Source: an uncultured Opitutales bacterium (GTDB lineage: Bacteria > Verrucomicrobiota > Verrucomicrobiia > Opitutales > Intestinicryptomonadaceae). From it: a DNA stretch of 32,000 nt. The stretch covers positions 21,469 through 53,468 of the forward strand of contig URJJ01000012.1 of NCBI GenBank assembly GCA_900548185.1. Reading direction: 5' to 3'. Shown piece after piece: positions 8,299 to 16,535 of this stretch (the first letter of the stretch is position 1; every line of letters begins with the position of its first letter). The position numbers and the translations under genes are program-made. The notes under the pieces are model-generated. The model had not been told where the DNA came from. It ran no database searches and saw only the letters and a list, made by a program, of their open reading frames with translations.

Positions 8299-8317
8299 GA
8301 AATATAAGGGTTTTGGA

Positions 8318-8779
8318 ATGTCGAATGAATCAAAGGAAAGGGCCGTTTATCTGGGCGAATACACCCGCCCAGTGGACGACAAGCGCCGCCTGACGGTGCC
8401 GTCCAAATGGCGTTTTTCCGGGGACGATTCCGACAGGGCGTACCTGGCCCTCCCCAACCCCAACGGTTCAATTACCCTCTATCCGCCGGAAATGACGGCC
8501 AACCTCTACGCGAAAGTGTCGCAGATGGGCATGGCAAATCAGGACAGGCAGAGGGTGATAATGAACATCTTCCGCAAAGGCGAAAGCCTGGGCTGCGACA
8601 AGCAGGGCCGCATAATGCTGCCCGAAAAGCTTATGTCGTATGCGGGCATCGCAAAGGAGACCCTGCTGGTTGGCGGCCTTGCCACATTCCAGATATGGAA
8701 TCCGGAAAGATTTGAAGAATGGTCGCAGATGGACGGCGGCGTGGAAGTCGACGACATACTCGGCGAACTTGGCATATAG
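8318..8779 (+). CDS. mraZ: Transcriptional regulator MraZ, 153 aa
   Basis: ATG 8318 is preferred over the upstream ATG 8273 because it is preceded by AAGGG at 8306-8310 and gives a typical MraZ N-terminus. The protein has two SpoVT/AbrB-like halves with the paired motifs DDKRRLTVP and DKQGRIMLP. It is the first gene of the dcw cluster. Confidence 0.9.
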   Translation: MSNESKERAVYLGEYTRPVDDKRRLTVPSKWRFSGDDSDRAYLALPNPNGSITLYPPEMTANLYAKVSQMGMANQDRQRVIMNIFRKGESLGCDKQGRIMLPEKLMSYAGIAKETLLVGGLATFQIWNPERFEEWSQMDGGVEVDDILGELGI

Positions 8780-8795
8780 AGCAAAAGGAAAATAT

Positions 8796-8981
8796 ATGGC
8801 TAATCTATCTAAACTTCTCATTTCAACAGGAACGCTAACCGCAACGAGGGAGGATCCGCGCACCGCGTGGGAATTCTTCACCATGCCGCCCTCCCAGCTC
8901 AAGAAGCTCGCCCGCGAAAACGGCGGGCAAAAAAAGAGAAACCTCTTCAGGGCCCTGTTAAATGCCTTCCGCCTCCCATGA
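8796..8981 (+). CDS. Hypothetical small basic protein (61 codons) between mraZ and rsmH
   Basis: ATG 8796 is preceded by AAGGAA (8785-8790). The ORF fills the otherwise unexplained 182-nt mraZ-rsmH gap and overlaps the rsmH start by 20 nt. The distal two thirds have coding-like G/C third positions. No recognisable family. Confidence 0.25.
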   Translation: MANLSKLLISTGTLTATREDPRTAWEFFTMPPSQLKKLARENGGQKKRNLFRALLNAFRLP

Positions 8982-9918
8982 CATCGGAGAATCTCCGGCC
9001 GGGTGCGACCGTCCGGGACACGAGCCCGTCTTGCTTGGCGAGACGATAGCCCTGCTTGCCCCCAGAGACGGCGGGACGTACCTCGACTGCACGTTCGGAG
9101 GCGGCGGGCACAGCGCCGCCATTCTAGAAGCCGCCGAATGCAGCCTGGTAGCCATGGATCGCGACCCCCAGGCGGCCGAACGCGCCGCGGAGTTCGCTGG
9201 CCGATTTCCCGGAAGGTTCAAATTCGTGCCGGGGCCGTTTTCCGGCCTGGCGGCTCCGGAGGCCGGAGGATACGACGGAATCCTGATGGATTTGGGCGTC
9301 TCCTCCTTCCAGCTCGACCGGGCGGAGCGCGGGTTTTCCCTCAAAAACGACGGCCCCGTCGATATGAGAATGGATATTTCTGGCGGGAAAACCGCGATGG
9401 AGCTAATCCTGCGCTCTCCGCTTCCCGAGCTTGAGAGGATAATACGCGACTACGGCGAGGAGCCGCGCTGGCGCAAGGCCGCGCGCGCCGTAAAGGACGC
9501 CGCATCCCGAGGGGAAATCCGAGGCACGCTGGACCTTGCAAACGCCGTTGAAAAGGCCCTGGGGCGCGACCCGCGCTCAAAGATACATCCGGCCACCCTG
9601 GTTTTCCAGGCCCTCAGAATCGCGGTCAATTCGGAGCTGGACGAGGTGTCGGAAGCCCTTCCCCGGGCGTTTGACAGCCTGGCCTCCGGCGGGGTCCTCG
9701 CCGTAATCACGTTTCATTCCCTGGAGGACAGGATTGTAAAAAGGTTTTTCAAAAAGGCCGCCGGAAGGCCCCAAGACAGGCACGACCACGGCTCCGTCCA
9801 GGACAGGACGAGGCTCGGCGAAATACTCACCCGCAAGCCGGTTTCGGCCACGGAAGCCGAGAGGGCGCGCAACCCCCGCAGCCGCTCCGCAAAGCTGCGC
9901 GCAATAAGAAAGGACTAG
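8962..9918 (+). CDS. rsmH: 16S rRNA (cytosine1402-N4)-methyltransferase RsmH (MraW), 318 aa
   Basis: Motifs HEPVLLGE, YLDCTFGGGGHS, DRDP, DLGVSS.QLD and ITFHSLEDR are present. It occupies the conserved position after mraZ. Confidence 0.92.
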   Translation: MPSASHDIGESPAGCDRPGHEPVLLGETIALLAPRDGGTYLDCTFGGGGHSAAILEAAECSLVAMDRDPQAAERAAEFAGRFPGRFKFVPGPFSGLAAPEAGGYDGILMDLGVSSFQLDRAERGFSLKNDGPVDMRMDISGGKTAMELILRSPLPELERIIRDYGEEPRWRKAARAVKDAASRGEIRGTLDLANAVEKALGRDPRSKIHPATLVFQALRIAVNSELDEVSEALPRAFDSLASGGVLAVITFHSLEDRIVKRFFKKAAGRPQDRHDHGSVQDRTRLGEILTRKPVSATEAERARNPRSRSAKLRAIRKD

Positions 9919-9922
9919 ACCC

Positions 9923-10300
9923 ATGAACCATTCCCAGAAAAGGCACGCGCTGTCGCTGGCGCTTTCGGCGGCAATCCTCCTCGCAGTCTGCGGGATAGGG
10001 GCGGGTTCGACCATGGTCGCGCGCAGGGGCTGCGCGGTGGAGGCCGGCCGCGTAAAGTCCGCAGAGCAGGAAATAAGGAAGCTCAGGCGCGAAAACGACT
10101 TCTGGACGGCCCAGATAGCCCGCAGCCACGACCCGGCCGCCCTGCGCAAGAGGGCCGGGACAAAGCTCATGCTCCCCTCCGGGGAAAAGGTGGTTTTCGC
10201 ATACCGCGTGTTTGACACGGCCCCCGACGGCACGCGCGTGGCCCGCCGCATACTTTCCTACAAGACGTCCGATACCCCGCTGAAAACCGCAAGAAGATGA
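9923..10300 (+). CDS. ftsL: FtsL-like cell division protein, 125 aa
   Basis: A single N-terminal TM segment (LSLALSAAILLAVCGIGAG) is followed by a coiled-coil-like segment (SAEQEIRKLRRENDFWTAQIA). It sits in the canonical slot between rsmH and ftsI, and its stop overlaps the ftsI start (ATGA at 10297-10300). Confidence 0.7.
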   Translation: MNHSQKRHALSLALSAAILLAVCGIGAGSTMVARRGCAVEAGRVKSAEQEIRKLRRENDFWTAQIARSHDPAALRKRAGTKLMLPSGEKVVFAYRVFDTAPDGTRVARRILSYKTSDTPLKTARR

Positions 10301-12153
10301 AAACATCGCCGTTTATCCCCAAGGGCCGCTTCATTTTCATGTTGTCGGCAATCTGCCTGGCTTTCGCCGCAATCGCGGGGAGGCTTTTTGATTTGCACGT
10401 CCTTGAAAGGGACAAGAGCATAGCCGCAGTCGACGAGCAGCGCCAGGCGATAAGGGGCGTGAACGCAAAGCGCGGCAACATAGTGGACGCCCGAGGCAAC
10501 CTGCTCGCCTCGTCGCGCCCGGTAATAGACCTCGCTATGGACCCCGAAGTCATCGAGGAGCTGCGCGAGAAGGATCCAGACCTCTACGAGAAGAACCGCC
10601 AAAAGATGGAGGAGGCCGCAAAAATCCTGAACATCCCCCCGAGCGTGATTTTCGACAAGTGCCGCCCGGAGCGCAGGATAGTTGAGACTGACGGCGGCAC
10701 GCGCATCAGAAGCAACCGCTTCCGCCGCCTCATGCGCGTCGAAGAGGACGTGTTCGAGAGGCTCCAGGCGCTCTCAATAAAGGGCCTTACATACGAGAAA
10801 AACTACGTGCGCACCTACCCTTCCGAGGGCCTCGCCTCCCATGCGATAGGCTTCATAAATAACGAAGGCACCCCCGTCTGCGGGGTCGAGAGGATGTGCA
10901 ACTACTACCTGCGCGGCCAGGACGGCTGGATACAGACCGAAAAGGACGCCAGAAACCGCGAGATAGCCCAGTTCAGGACGCGCGAAGTCGCCGCCGAAAA
11001 CGGCATGAACGTGGAGCTTACCATAGACATAATCCTCCAGGAGATGGCCCAGCGCGAACTCCAGGCCGTCGTGGAAAAATACTCGCCCGAAAACGCCTCC
11101 ATAATAGTCGGCGACCCCGCGACGGGCTACATACTGGCCATGGCCAGCTACCCCTCCTTCAACCCCAACACCTTCAGCAAGTCGTCGGACGCCGAACGGC
11201 GCAACTACGCGATTTCAAACATGGTCGAGCCCGGCTCCACCTTCAAGATAATCCCCATAGCCGCCGCCCTGAACGAGCACATGGTGACCCAGGACGACGT
11301 TTTCGACACTTCCGAATCGACGGCCCTCTACAAGGGCCGCACCCTCAGGCTCCCGCGCGACACGCACGACTACGGCCAGTTGAGCGTCCGCCAGATTGCG
11401 GAAAAAAGCTCCAACCGCGGCGCGGCGCACCTCGGCATGATGCTTGGCGAAAAGAAGCTGTACGAATACGCCAAGCTCTTCGGCTACGGCGAAAAGACCG
11501 GCCTCGGGCTTGCCGGAGAGGAGAACGGCCTGCTTCACAACCCCCGCTCATGGGACGGGCTCACGATAACGCGCCTGCCGATGGGCCACGCGGTGTCGGC
11601 CACGCCCCTTCAGATACACTGCGCCACGAGCGTCATAGCAAACCAGGGCGTTTACATGAAGCCGCAGCTCGTGCGCAGGGTGTTTTCGGGCGAGGACGGA
11701 AGGGAAATCGTGTTTGCGCCGAAGCGCGTCAGGCAGGTTGTTTCCCCAAAGACGGCGGCCACGATGTGCGACATCCTCACGGGGGTGGTCGGCAAGGACG
11801 GCACGGCGCAGCGCGCGGCGGTCGAAGGATACAAGGTTGCCGGCAAGACCGGCACAACCCAGAAAATCGTCGAAATCGGCCGCAAGACGGTGGTGCGCGA
11901 CGGGCGCGAGGAGGTCAGGATAATAAAGGGCTACACCTCCAAACAGCACGTCGCTTCCTTCACCGGATTTTTCCCGGCGAACCGCCCGCGGCTCGTCATA
12001 ACAGTGGTGATAGACAGCCCCAAGGGCAGCGGGTACGGCGGCGTCGTGGCGGCCCCGGCCTTCGCGCACATCGCGCGCCAGGCCGCGAGCTATCTCGGGA
12101 TACAGACCGACGAGGAATTTGAAAAGATTGTGGCCTGGAAAGGCATGAAGTGA
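10297..12153 (+). CDS. ftsI: Penicillin-binding protein 3-type peptidoglycan D,D-transpeptidase FtsI, 618 aa
   Basis: It has an N-terminal TM anchor and the class B PBP transpeptidase motifs STFK (GSTFKIIP), SSN (EKSSNRG) and KTGT (AGKTGTTQK). Confidence 0.92.
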   Translation: MKTSPFIPKGRFIFMLSAICLAFAAIAGRLFDLHVLERDKSIAAVDEQRQAIRGVNAKRGNIVDARGNLLASSRPVIDLAMDPEVIEELREKDPDLYEKNRQKMEEAAKILNIPPSVIFDKCRPERRIVETDGGTRIRSNRFRRLMRVEEDVFERLQALSIKGLTYEKNYVRTYPSEGLASHAIGFINNEGTPVCGVERMCNYYLRGQDGWIQTEKDARNREIAQFRTREVAAENGMNVELTIDIILQEMAQRELQAVVEKYSPENASIIVGDPATGYILAMASYPSFNPNTFSKSSDAERRNYAISNMVEPGSTFKIIPIAAALNEHMVTQDDVFDTSESTALYKGRTLRLPRDTHDYGQLSVRQIAEKSSNRGAAHLGMMLGEKKLYEYAKLFGYGEKTGLGLAGEENGLLHNPRSWDGLTITRLPMGHAVSATPLQIHCATSVIANQGVYMKPQLVRRVFSGEDGREIVFAPKRVRQVVSPKTAATMCDILTGVVGKDGTAQRAAVEGYKVAGKTGTTQKIVEIGRKTVVRDGREEVRIIKGYTSKQHVASFTGFFPANRPRLVITVVIDSPKGSGYGGVVAAPAFAHIARQAASYLGIQTDEEFEKIVAWKGMK

Positions 12154-12154
12154 T

Positions 12155-13729
12155 ATGGTAGGATTTGGAAATTTGGCGAGCCTCATATGCATCCCGCCCC
12201 GCAGGGGGCTGGCATTCGCGCAGGGCGGCGGCGGCGAGAGCGTGTTTACGGTCGACGCCCTCGCGCGCGCCGTCGGCTGCAAAAAGCCCGCGGGCGGAGA
12301 CAGGGGCGCGGAGGTGAAGACCCTCATTAACGACAGCCGCAGGGCCGGGGCCGGAGCCGCGTTCTTCGCGGTGGGCGGGGCGAACACGGACGGCAACCTC
12401 TATGTGGAGGAGGCGACGCACAGGGGGGCGGTCGCGATAGTCTCCGAGCGCCCGGCGCCGGGCAAGTACTTTCCGGCGGCCTGGCTGCAGGTGGAGTCCG
12501 TCGCAGACGCCATGGCGCGCGCGGCAAAGGCGTTCTACGAAAGCCCCGACGAGCACATGAAGATTTTCGCCGTAACCGGCACAAACGGCAAGACCAGCGT
12601 GGCGTGGCTCATCCAGCACATGCTAAACGAGACCGGCACGAAGTCGGGCCTTATAGGCACAATACAGTACGACCTGGGCGGCAGGTGCCTGCCGGCCGCC
12701 CGCACCACGCCGGAGGCCCTTGAAACCTACGCGATGCTCTACCAGATGCGCCGCGCCGGGTGCGCGGCGGCCGCCATGGAGATAAGCTCGCACGCCATCG
12801 CCCAGAAGCGCGTCGAGGGCCTCGACATCGACTGCGCCTGCTTCACGAACCTCACGCAGGACCACATCGACTACCACATGGACATGGAGTCCTACTTCGA
12901 GACCAAGGCATCCCTTTTCACAGGCTCCCTCGGCTCCCTCCCCAGGGCGGCGGCGGTAAACGTTGACGACCCTCGGGGCCGCGAAATAGCCGCGCGCATA
13001 GACTCCGGCAAGGTACGCCTCGTGACGTTTTCGGCCTCGGGCGGGAAGGCCGACATATGCGCCAGAGACCTCAGGCTCGGGCCGCAGTCGTCTTCCTTTA
13101 TGCTCGTCTGGCCGGAGGGCGAGGCGGAGGCGCATCTGAAGATGCCGGGCCGATACAACGTTTCAAACGCCCTCGCGGCGTTCGCCTCGCTTTATACGCA
13201 GGGCGCGGATCTCGCGGCGGCGGCGGCGTCCCTCAAGACGTTTCGAGGAGTCCCGGGCAGGATGCAGAAGGTTCCGTCAAAGGCCCCGTTCGACATTTTC
13301 GTGGACTATGCACACACCGACGACGCCCTCAAAAACGGGCTTGAAATGTTAAGGGAAGTAGTGAAAGGTCGGATACTCGCAGTCTTCGGCTGCGGGGGAA
13401 GGCGCGACAGGACAAAGCGCCCCAAAATGACGGCCGTCGTGCAGAAGTACGCCGACATAGCCTGGGCCACTTCCGACAACCCCCGGGGCGAGGACATAAA
13501 CCAGATATTCAACGACATGAAAGCCGGTATCTCCGACCCGTCGAGGATAGCCTTCGTCGAAAACCGCCGCCGAGCGATTAACCTTGCGATTGACGCGGCC
13601 GGCCCGGGCGACTGCATACTCATCGCCGGAAAGGGCCACGAGGCCTTCCAGGAGCTCGGCGACACAATAATACCCTTCGACGACAGGAGAGTCGCCGAAG
13701 AGCTTCTAACCGTGAAAGGCCTAGCATAG
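12155..13729 (+). CDS. murE: UDP-MurNAc-L-Ala-D-Glu:meso-diaminopimelate ligase MurE, 524 aa
   Basis: The Mur ligase P-loop GTNGKTS is present, along with DYAHTDDAL. The DNPR motif (TSDNPRGED) is associated with meso-DAP specificity. The exact start is uncertain because the N-terminus is slightly long. Confidence 0.9.
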   Translation: MVGFGNLASLICIPPRRGLAFAQGGGGESVFTVDALARAVGCKKPAGGDRGAEVKTLINDSRRAGAGAAFFAVGGANTDGNLYVEEATHRGAVAIVSERPAPGKYFPAAWLQVESVADAMARAAKAFYESPDEHMKIFAVTGTNGKTSVAWLIQHMLNETGTKSGLIGTIQYDLGGRCLPAARTTPEALETYAMLYQMRRAGCAAAAMEISSHAIAQKRVEGLDIDCACFTNLTQDHIDYHMDMESYFETKASLFTGSLGSLPRAAAVNVDDPRGREIAARIDSGKVRLVTFSASGGKADICARDLRLGPQSSSFMLVWPEGEAEAHLKMPGRYNVSNALAAFASLYTQGADLAAAAASLKTFRGVPGRMQKVPSKAPFDIFVDYAHTDDALKNGLEMLREVVKGRILAVFGCGGRRDRTKRPKMTAVVQKYADIAWATSDNPRGEDINQIFNDMKAGISDPSRIAFVENRRRAINLAIDAAGPGDCILIAGKGHEAFQELGDTIIPFDDRRVAEELLTVKGLA

Positions 13730-13731
13730 AC

Positions 13732-15300
13732 ATGCCACTATTTAAGATAGACGACCTGCAGCTTTGGACAGGCGGAAAATGGTCCAACCTGCCAAAAAAA
13801 TATCCCGACATCAGGGGGTTTTCAACCGACTCGCGCAAAATGGGCGAGAACTGCGCATTCGTGGCCATCGAGGCCGGGCGCGACGGCCACGACTTTGCAG
13901 CCGACGCCGAAAAGAACGGGGCGGTCGCCGTGATAGCCTCGAAGCCCGTCGAAACCTCCCTGCCCGTCCTGACGGTTCCAGACACCCTGCGCGCGCTCCA
14001 GACAATCGCAAAATTCCACAGGCTCAGGTTTGAATTTCCTGTCGCGGGAATCACCGGCTCATGCGGCAAGACCACGACCAAGGAGTTTTTGTCGAGGTTG
14101 ATGGCCTGGAAAAAGCCGCTTTCAACCGAGGAAAACTTCAACAACGAGCTCGGCGTGGCCCTCACCCTCACTAAAATCGACCTGCGCGAAAACATGTGCG
14201 CGATAGTGGAGGCGGGGGTCGGCGCGCCCGGGCAGATGGAGCCCCTGGCCTCCATGATAGAGCCTGACATCGCAATTATCACGAACGTCCTGCCGGCCCA
14301 CATGGAAAGGTTCGGCGAGATGGCCGCCGTGGCGCGCGAGAAGGCCGGGCTTGCGAGGGGGCTGGCAAAGGACGGCTGGGCGGTTTTCCACAACAACCTC
14401 CTGAGCTGGAAGGCTTTCGAGGAGCTCCAGTGCAAGAAGGCCGTGGTGGCCCCCGCAGACGCGCCGGACATACGCGGAGACCTCGTATTCAGGTATTCGC
14501 TCAACTCCGAAGGCCCAACCACAAGGATTGAGATGTGCGTCGAGGGGGGCAGCGAATACTGCTTTGAAATGCCAACCCTCACAAAGGGCATGATGGAAAA
14601 CGCAGCACTCTGCATAGCGGCCGCGCTCATCATGGGTACGAGCGAGGAGCAGCTCGCGGCCCGCCTTGAGGGCATAGCGCCCGGGCCGATGCGCGGGAGC
14701 GTTGTCGAGTCTGACAAGGCGAAGTTTTACGTGGACTGCTACAACGCCTCGCCGGCTTCCATGAAGGACGCCCTGCGCAGGTTCCTCTCCCTCTCGGAGG
14801 GCTCTCCCCGCCTCTTTGTGCTGGGTTCGATGGCGGAGCTCGGCCTCTCCTCCCACCGCCACCACAGGGAGATAGGCGAAATGATTCCCCGCGCGGAAGG
14901 CGACAGGGCCGTGCTAGTCGGCGCGAATTCCGAAACCTACAAGGCCGCGATGCTGGCATGCGGCTGGCAGGAGGGGGAAATCCTCGAGGCGCAGTCGGCT
15001 GAAGAGGCTGCGGGCGCGGTCGGAGAATTTGAAGGCTGGGTGTTTTTGAAGGGTAGCCGGGTTTGCGGGCTTGAAAGGTCGCTTCCGCAGGAGGTGCTGG
15101 AAAAGCTCTCCATAGAAGTCCCCCGCGAAGAGGAGCCCGAGCCTGAGCCGGAACCCGAACCGGAGGCAGAAGACTCCGAAGCCCCCCGCCCCGGGGCGGG
15201 CGATGATGAGGACGACGACGGCTTCGACGAGCCGGAGGAGTTCGACGGAGAAGGGTTTTCCAGGGACAAAGAAGAAGACGACGAGCGCGAACGCTTCTGA
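13732..15300 (+). CDS. murF: UDP-MurNAc-tripeptide:D-Ala-D-Ala ligase MurF with an acidic low-complexity C-terminal extension, 522 aa
   Basis: The P-loop GSCGKTTTKE and the motif DCYNASPASM are present, and the gene sits after murE. The catalytic body appears to end near ...VFLKGSR..LE... The last ~60 aa are rich in E/D/P, including an EP dipeptide run. Confidence 0.9.
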   Translation: MPLFKIDDLQLWTGGKWSNLPKKYPDIRGFSTDSRKMGENCAFVAIEAGRDGHDFAADAEKNGAVAVIASKPVETSLPVLTVPDTLRALQTIAKFHRLRFEFPVAGITGSCGKTTTKEFLSRLMAWKKPLSTEENFNNELGVALTLTKIDLRENMCAIVEAGVGAPGQMEPLASMIEPDIAIITNVLPAHMERFGEMAAVAREKAGLARGLAKDGWAVFHNNLLSWKAFEELQCKKAVVAPADAPDIRGDLVFRYSLNSEGPTTRIEMCVEGGSEYCFEMPTLTKGMMENAALCIAAALIMGTSEEQLAARLEGIAPGPMRGSVVESDKAKFYVDCYNASPASMKDALRRFLSLSEGSPRLFVLGSMAELGLSSHRHHREIGEMIPRAEGDRAVLVGANSETYKAAMLACGWQEGEILEAQSAEEAAGAVGEFEGWVFLKGSRVCGLERSLPQEVLEKLSIEVPREEEPEPEPEPEPEAEDSEAPRPGAGDDEDDDGFDEPEEFDGEGFSRDKEEDDERERF

Positions 15301-15427
15301 TTTTTCCTAAAAAAACATGAAAGTTTTTTGCGGATCGCGGCTCGTATAAGCGGGCCGCCGCGCCGCCGAAATTCCGGCGAGGCCGGAGGCGCGGGGCGTT
15401 TCCCGCGCGCGGGGGGATTTTTCCAAG

Positions 15428-16528
15428 ATGCTTATAGACATTGCAGATTTTGAATCGGTGTGGGGGCCGCTCCGCCTTTTCAGGTACCTGTCGTTCAGGT
15501 GCGTGATGGCGACTGTAACGGCGTTTATGGTGGGCTGCGCCGTCGCGCCGTTTATAATATCGCGGCTGCGCCGCCTCAAAAGCGGCCAGGTGCAGCGCAC
15601 GGCCGAAGAGGTCGGCAAGCTCGCCGAGCTGCATGCGTGGAAGGCGAACACCCCGATAATGGGCGGCCTCATAATATTTGCGGGCGTAATCTTTTCGTGC
15701 GCGCTGTGGTGCTCGTTCAACTCGCTGGTCTGGGCTGCGCTTGCAGTATACGCCATACTGACCGCGACAGGTTTTGCGGACGACTACCAGAAGATGGTGA
15801 AAAGAAACAGCAAGGGCATCCCCGGAAAGCTGAAAATCGCATGCCAGACTGCGGCGGCGGCAGCGGCGGCGGCGATACTCCTCTCCGACCCCGCATACTC
15901 CGCGCAGATGCGCGAGCTTTGGACCCCGTTTCTGAAAAGCCCGCTCGTCCAGGAGATGCCGGTCTTTGCCGCCGCGGCCTTCATATGGCTCATCATAACC
16001 GCCTCCAGCAACGCCCTCAACCTGACAGACGGCGTGGACGGGCTGGCCACGGGCTGCACTATATCGGTCGTGCTGGTGTACGGGATTTTCGCCTACCTTA
16101 CGGGGAACGCGATAGCCGCAAAATACCTCTCGATAGGACTCATACCAGGCTGCGGCGAAATTGCCGTGGTGTGCTGCGCGGTCCTCGGGGCCTGCATGGC
16201 CTTCCTGTGGTTCAACGCCTACCCCGCGCACATATGGATGGGCGACACCGGCTCCCTTGCGCTCGGGGGCCTTGTGGGCATCGTCGCATTCATGGTGCAC
16301 CAGCCGATAACCCTGATACTTGTGGGCGGCATATTCGTGATGGAGGCGGCCTCGGTAATCATACAGGTATCGTCTTTCAAGACGCTGAAAAGGCGCGTGT
16401 TCAAGATGTCGCCCATCCACCACCACTTTGAAATAAAGGGGTGGAAGGAGACGCAGGTCGTGATACGCTTCTGGATAATTTCCCTCATATTCGCGCTCGC
16501 CGGGCTGGCGACGCTCAAACTCAGGTAG
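15428..16528 (+). CDS. mraY: Phospho-MurNAc-pentapeptide translocase MraY, 366 aa
   Basis: This is a polytopic membrane protein with the MraY motifs NA.NLTDG.DGLA, WMGDTGSLALGG and PIHHHFE. Confidence 0.93.
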   Translation: MLIDIADFESVWGPLRLFRYLSFRCVMATVTAFMVGCAVAPFIISRLRRLKSGQVQRTAEEVGKLAELHAWKANTPIMGGLIIFAGVIFSCALWCSFNSLVWAALAVYAILTATGFADDYQKMVKRNSKGIPGKLKIACQTAAAAAAAAILLSDPAYSAQMRELWTPFLKSPLVQEMPVFAAAAFIWLIITASSNALNLTDGVDGLATGCTISVVLVYGIFAYLTGNAIAAKYLSIGLIPGCGEIAVVCCAVLGACMAFLWFNAYPAHIWMGDTGSLALGGLVGIVAFMVHQPITLILVGGIFVMEAASVIIQVSSFKTLKRRVFKMSPIHHHFEIKGWKETQVVIRFWIISLIFALAGLATLKLR

Positions 16529-16535
16529 CGGCGCC

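Noticed and set aside
6582-8317. Whether the spacer hides a tRNA, tmRNA, RNase P RNA, SRP RNA, a known riboswitch or a replication origin.
   Set aside because: I found no T-loop GGTTCGAAT-type sequence, no CCA-ended acceptor pattern, and no GGAAAGTCC (RNase P) or SRP-like conserved strings. There is no cluster of TTATCCACA-type DnaA boxes; only loose matches such as TTATCCCTT near 7416 appear. Absence by eye is not proof, so a covariance-model scan is still advised.
7965-8471. 168-aa minus-strand ORF spanning the mraZ promoter and the 5' end of mraZ, plus other 60-128-aa ORFs in the 6.4-8.0 kb region.
   Set aside because: They have no ribosome-binding sites, implausible composition and mutual overlaps. 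This one also overlaps the well-supported mraZ start and its operator region.
10896-12122. Same-strand alternative-frame ORFs inside ftsI (408 aa) and mraY (15460-16431, 323 aa).
   Set aside because: The products are extremely Arg/Gly/Pro-rich and low-complexity, with no ribosome-binding site. They are fully nested in well-supported genes.
15851-15875. GCG/GCA trinucleotide run in mraY encoding an Ala8 tract, and the GARCCN repeats in murF, considered as tandem-repeat elements.
   Set aside because: Both are in-frame coding low complexity. The Ala run sits within a hydrophobic region of MraY. They are not independent repeat features; the murF tail is reported as a protein-level oddity instead.
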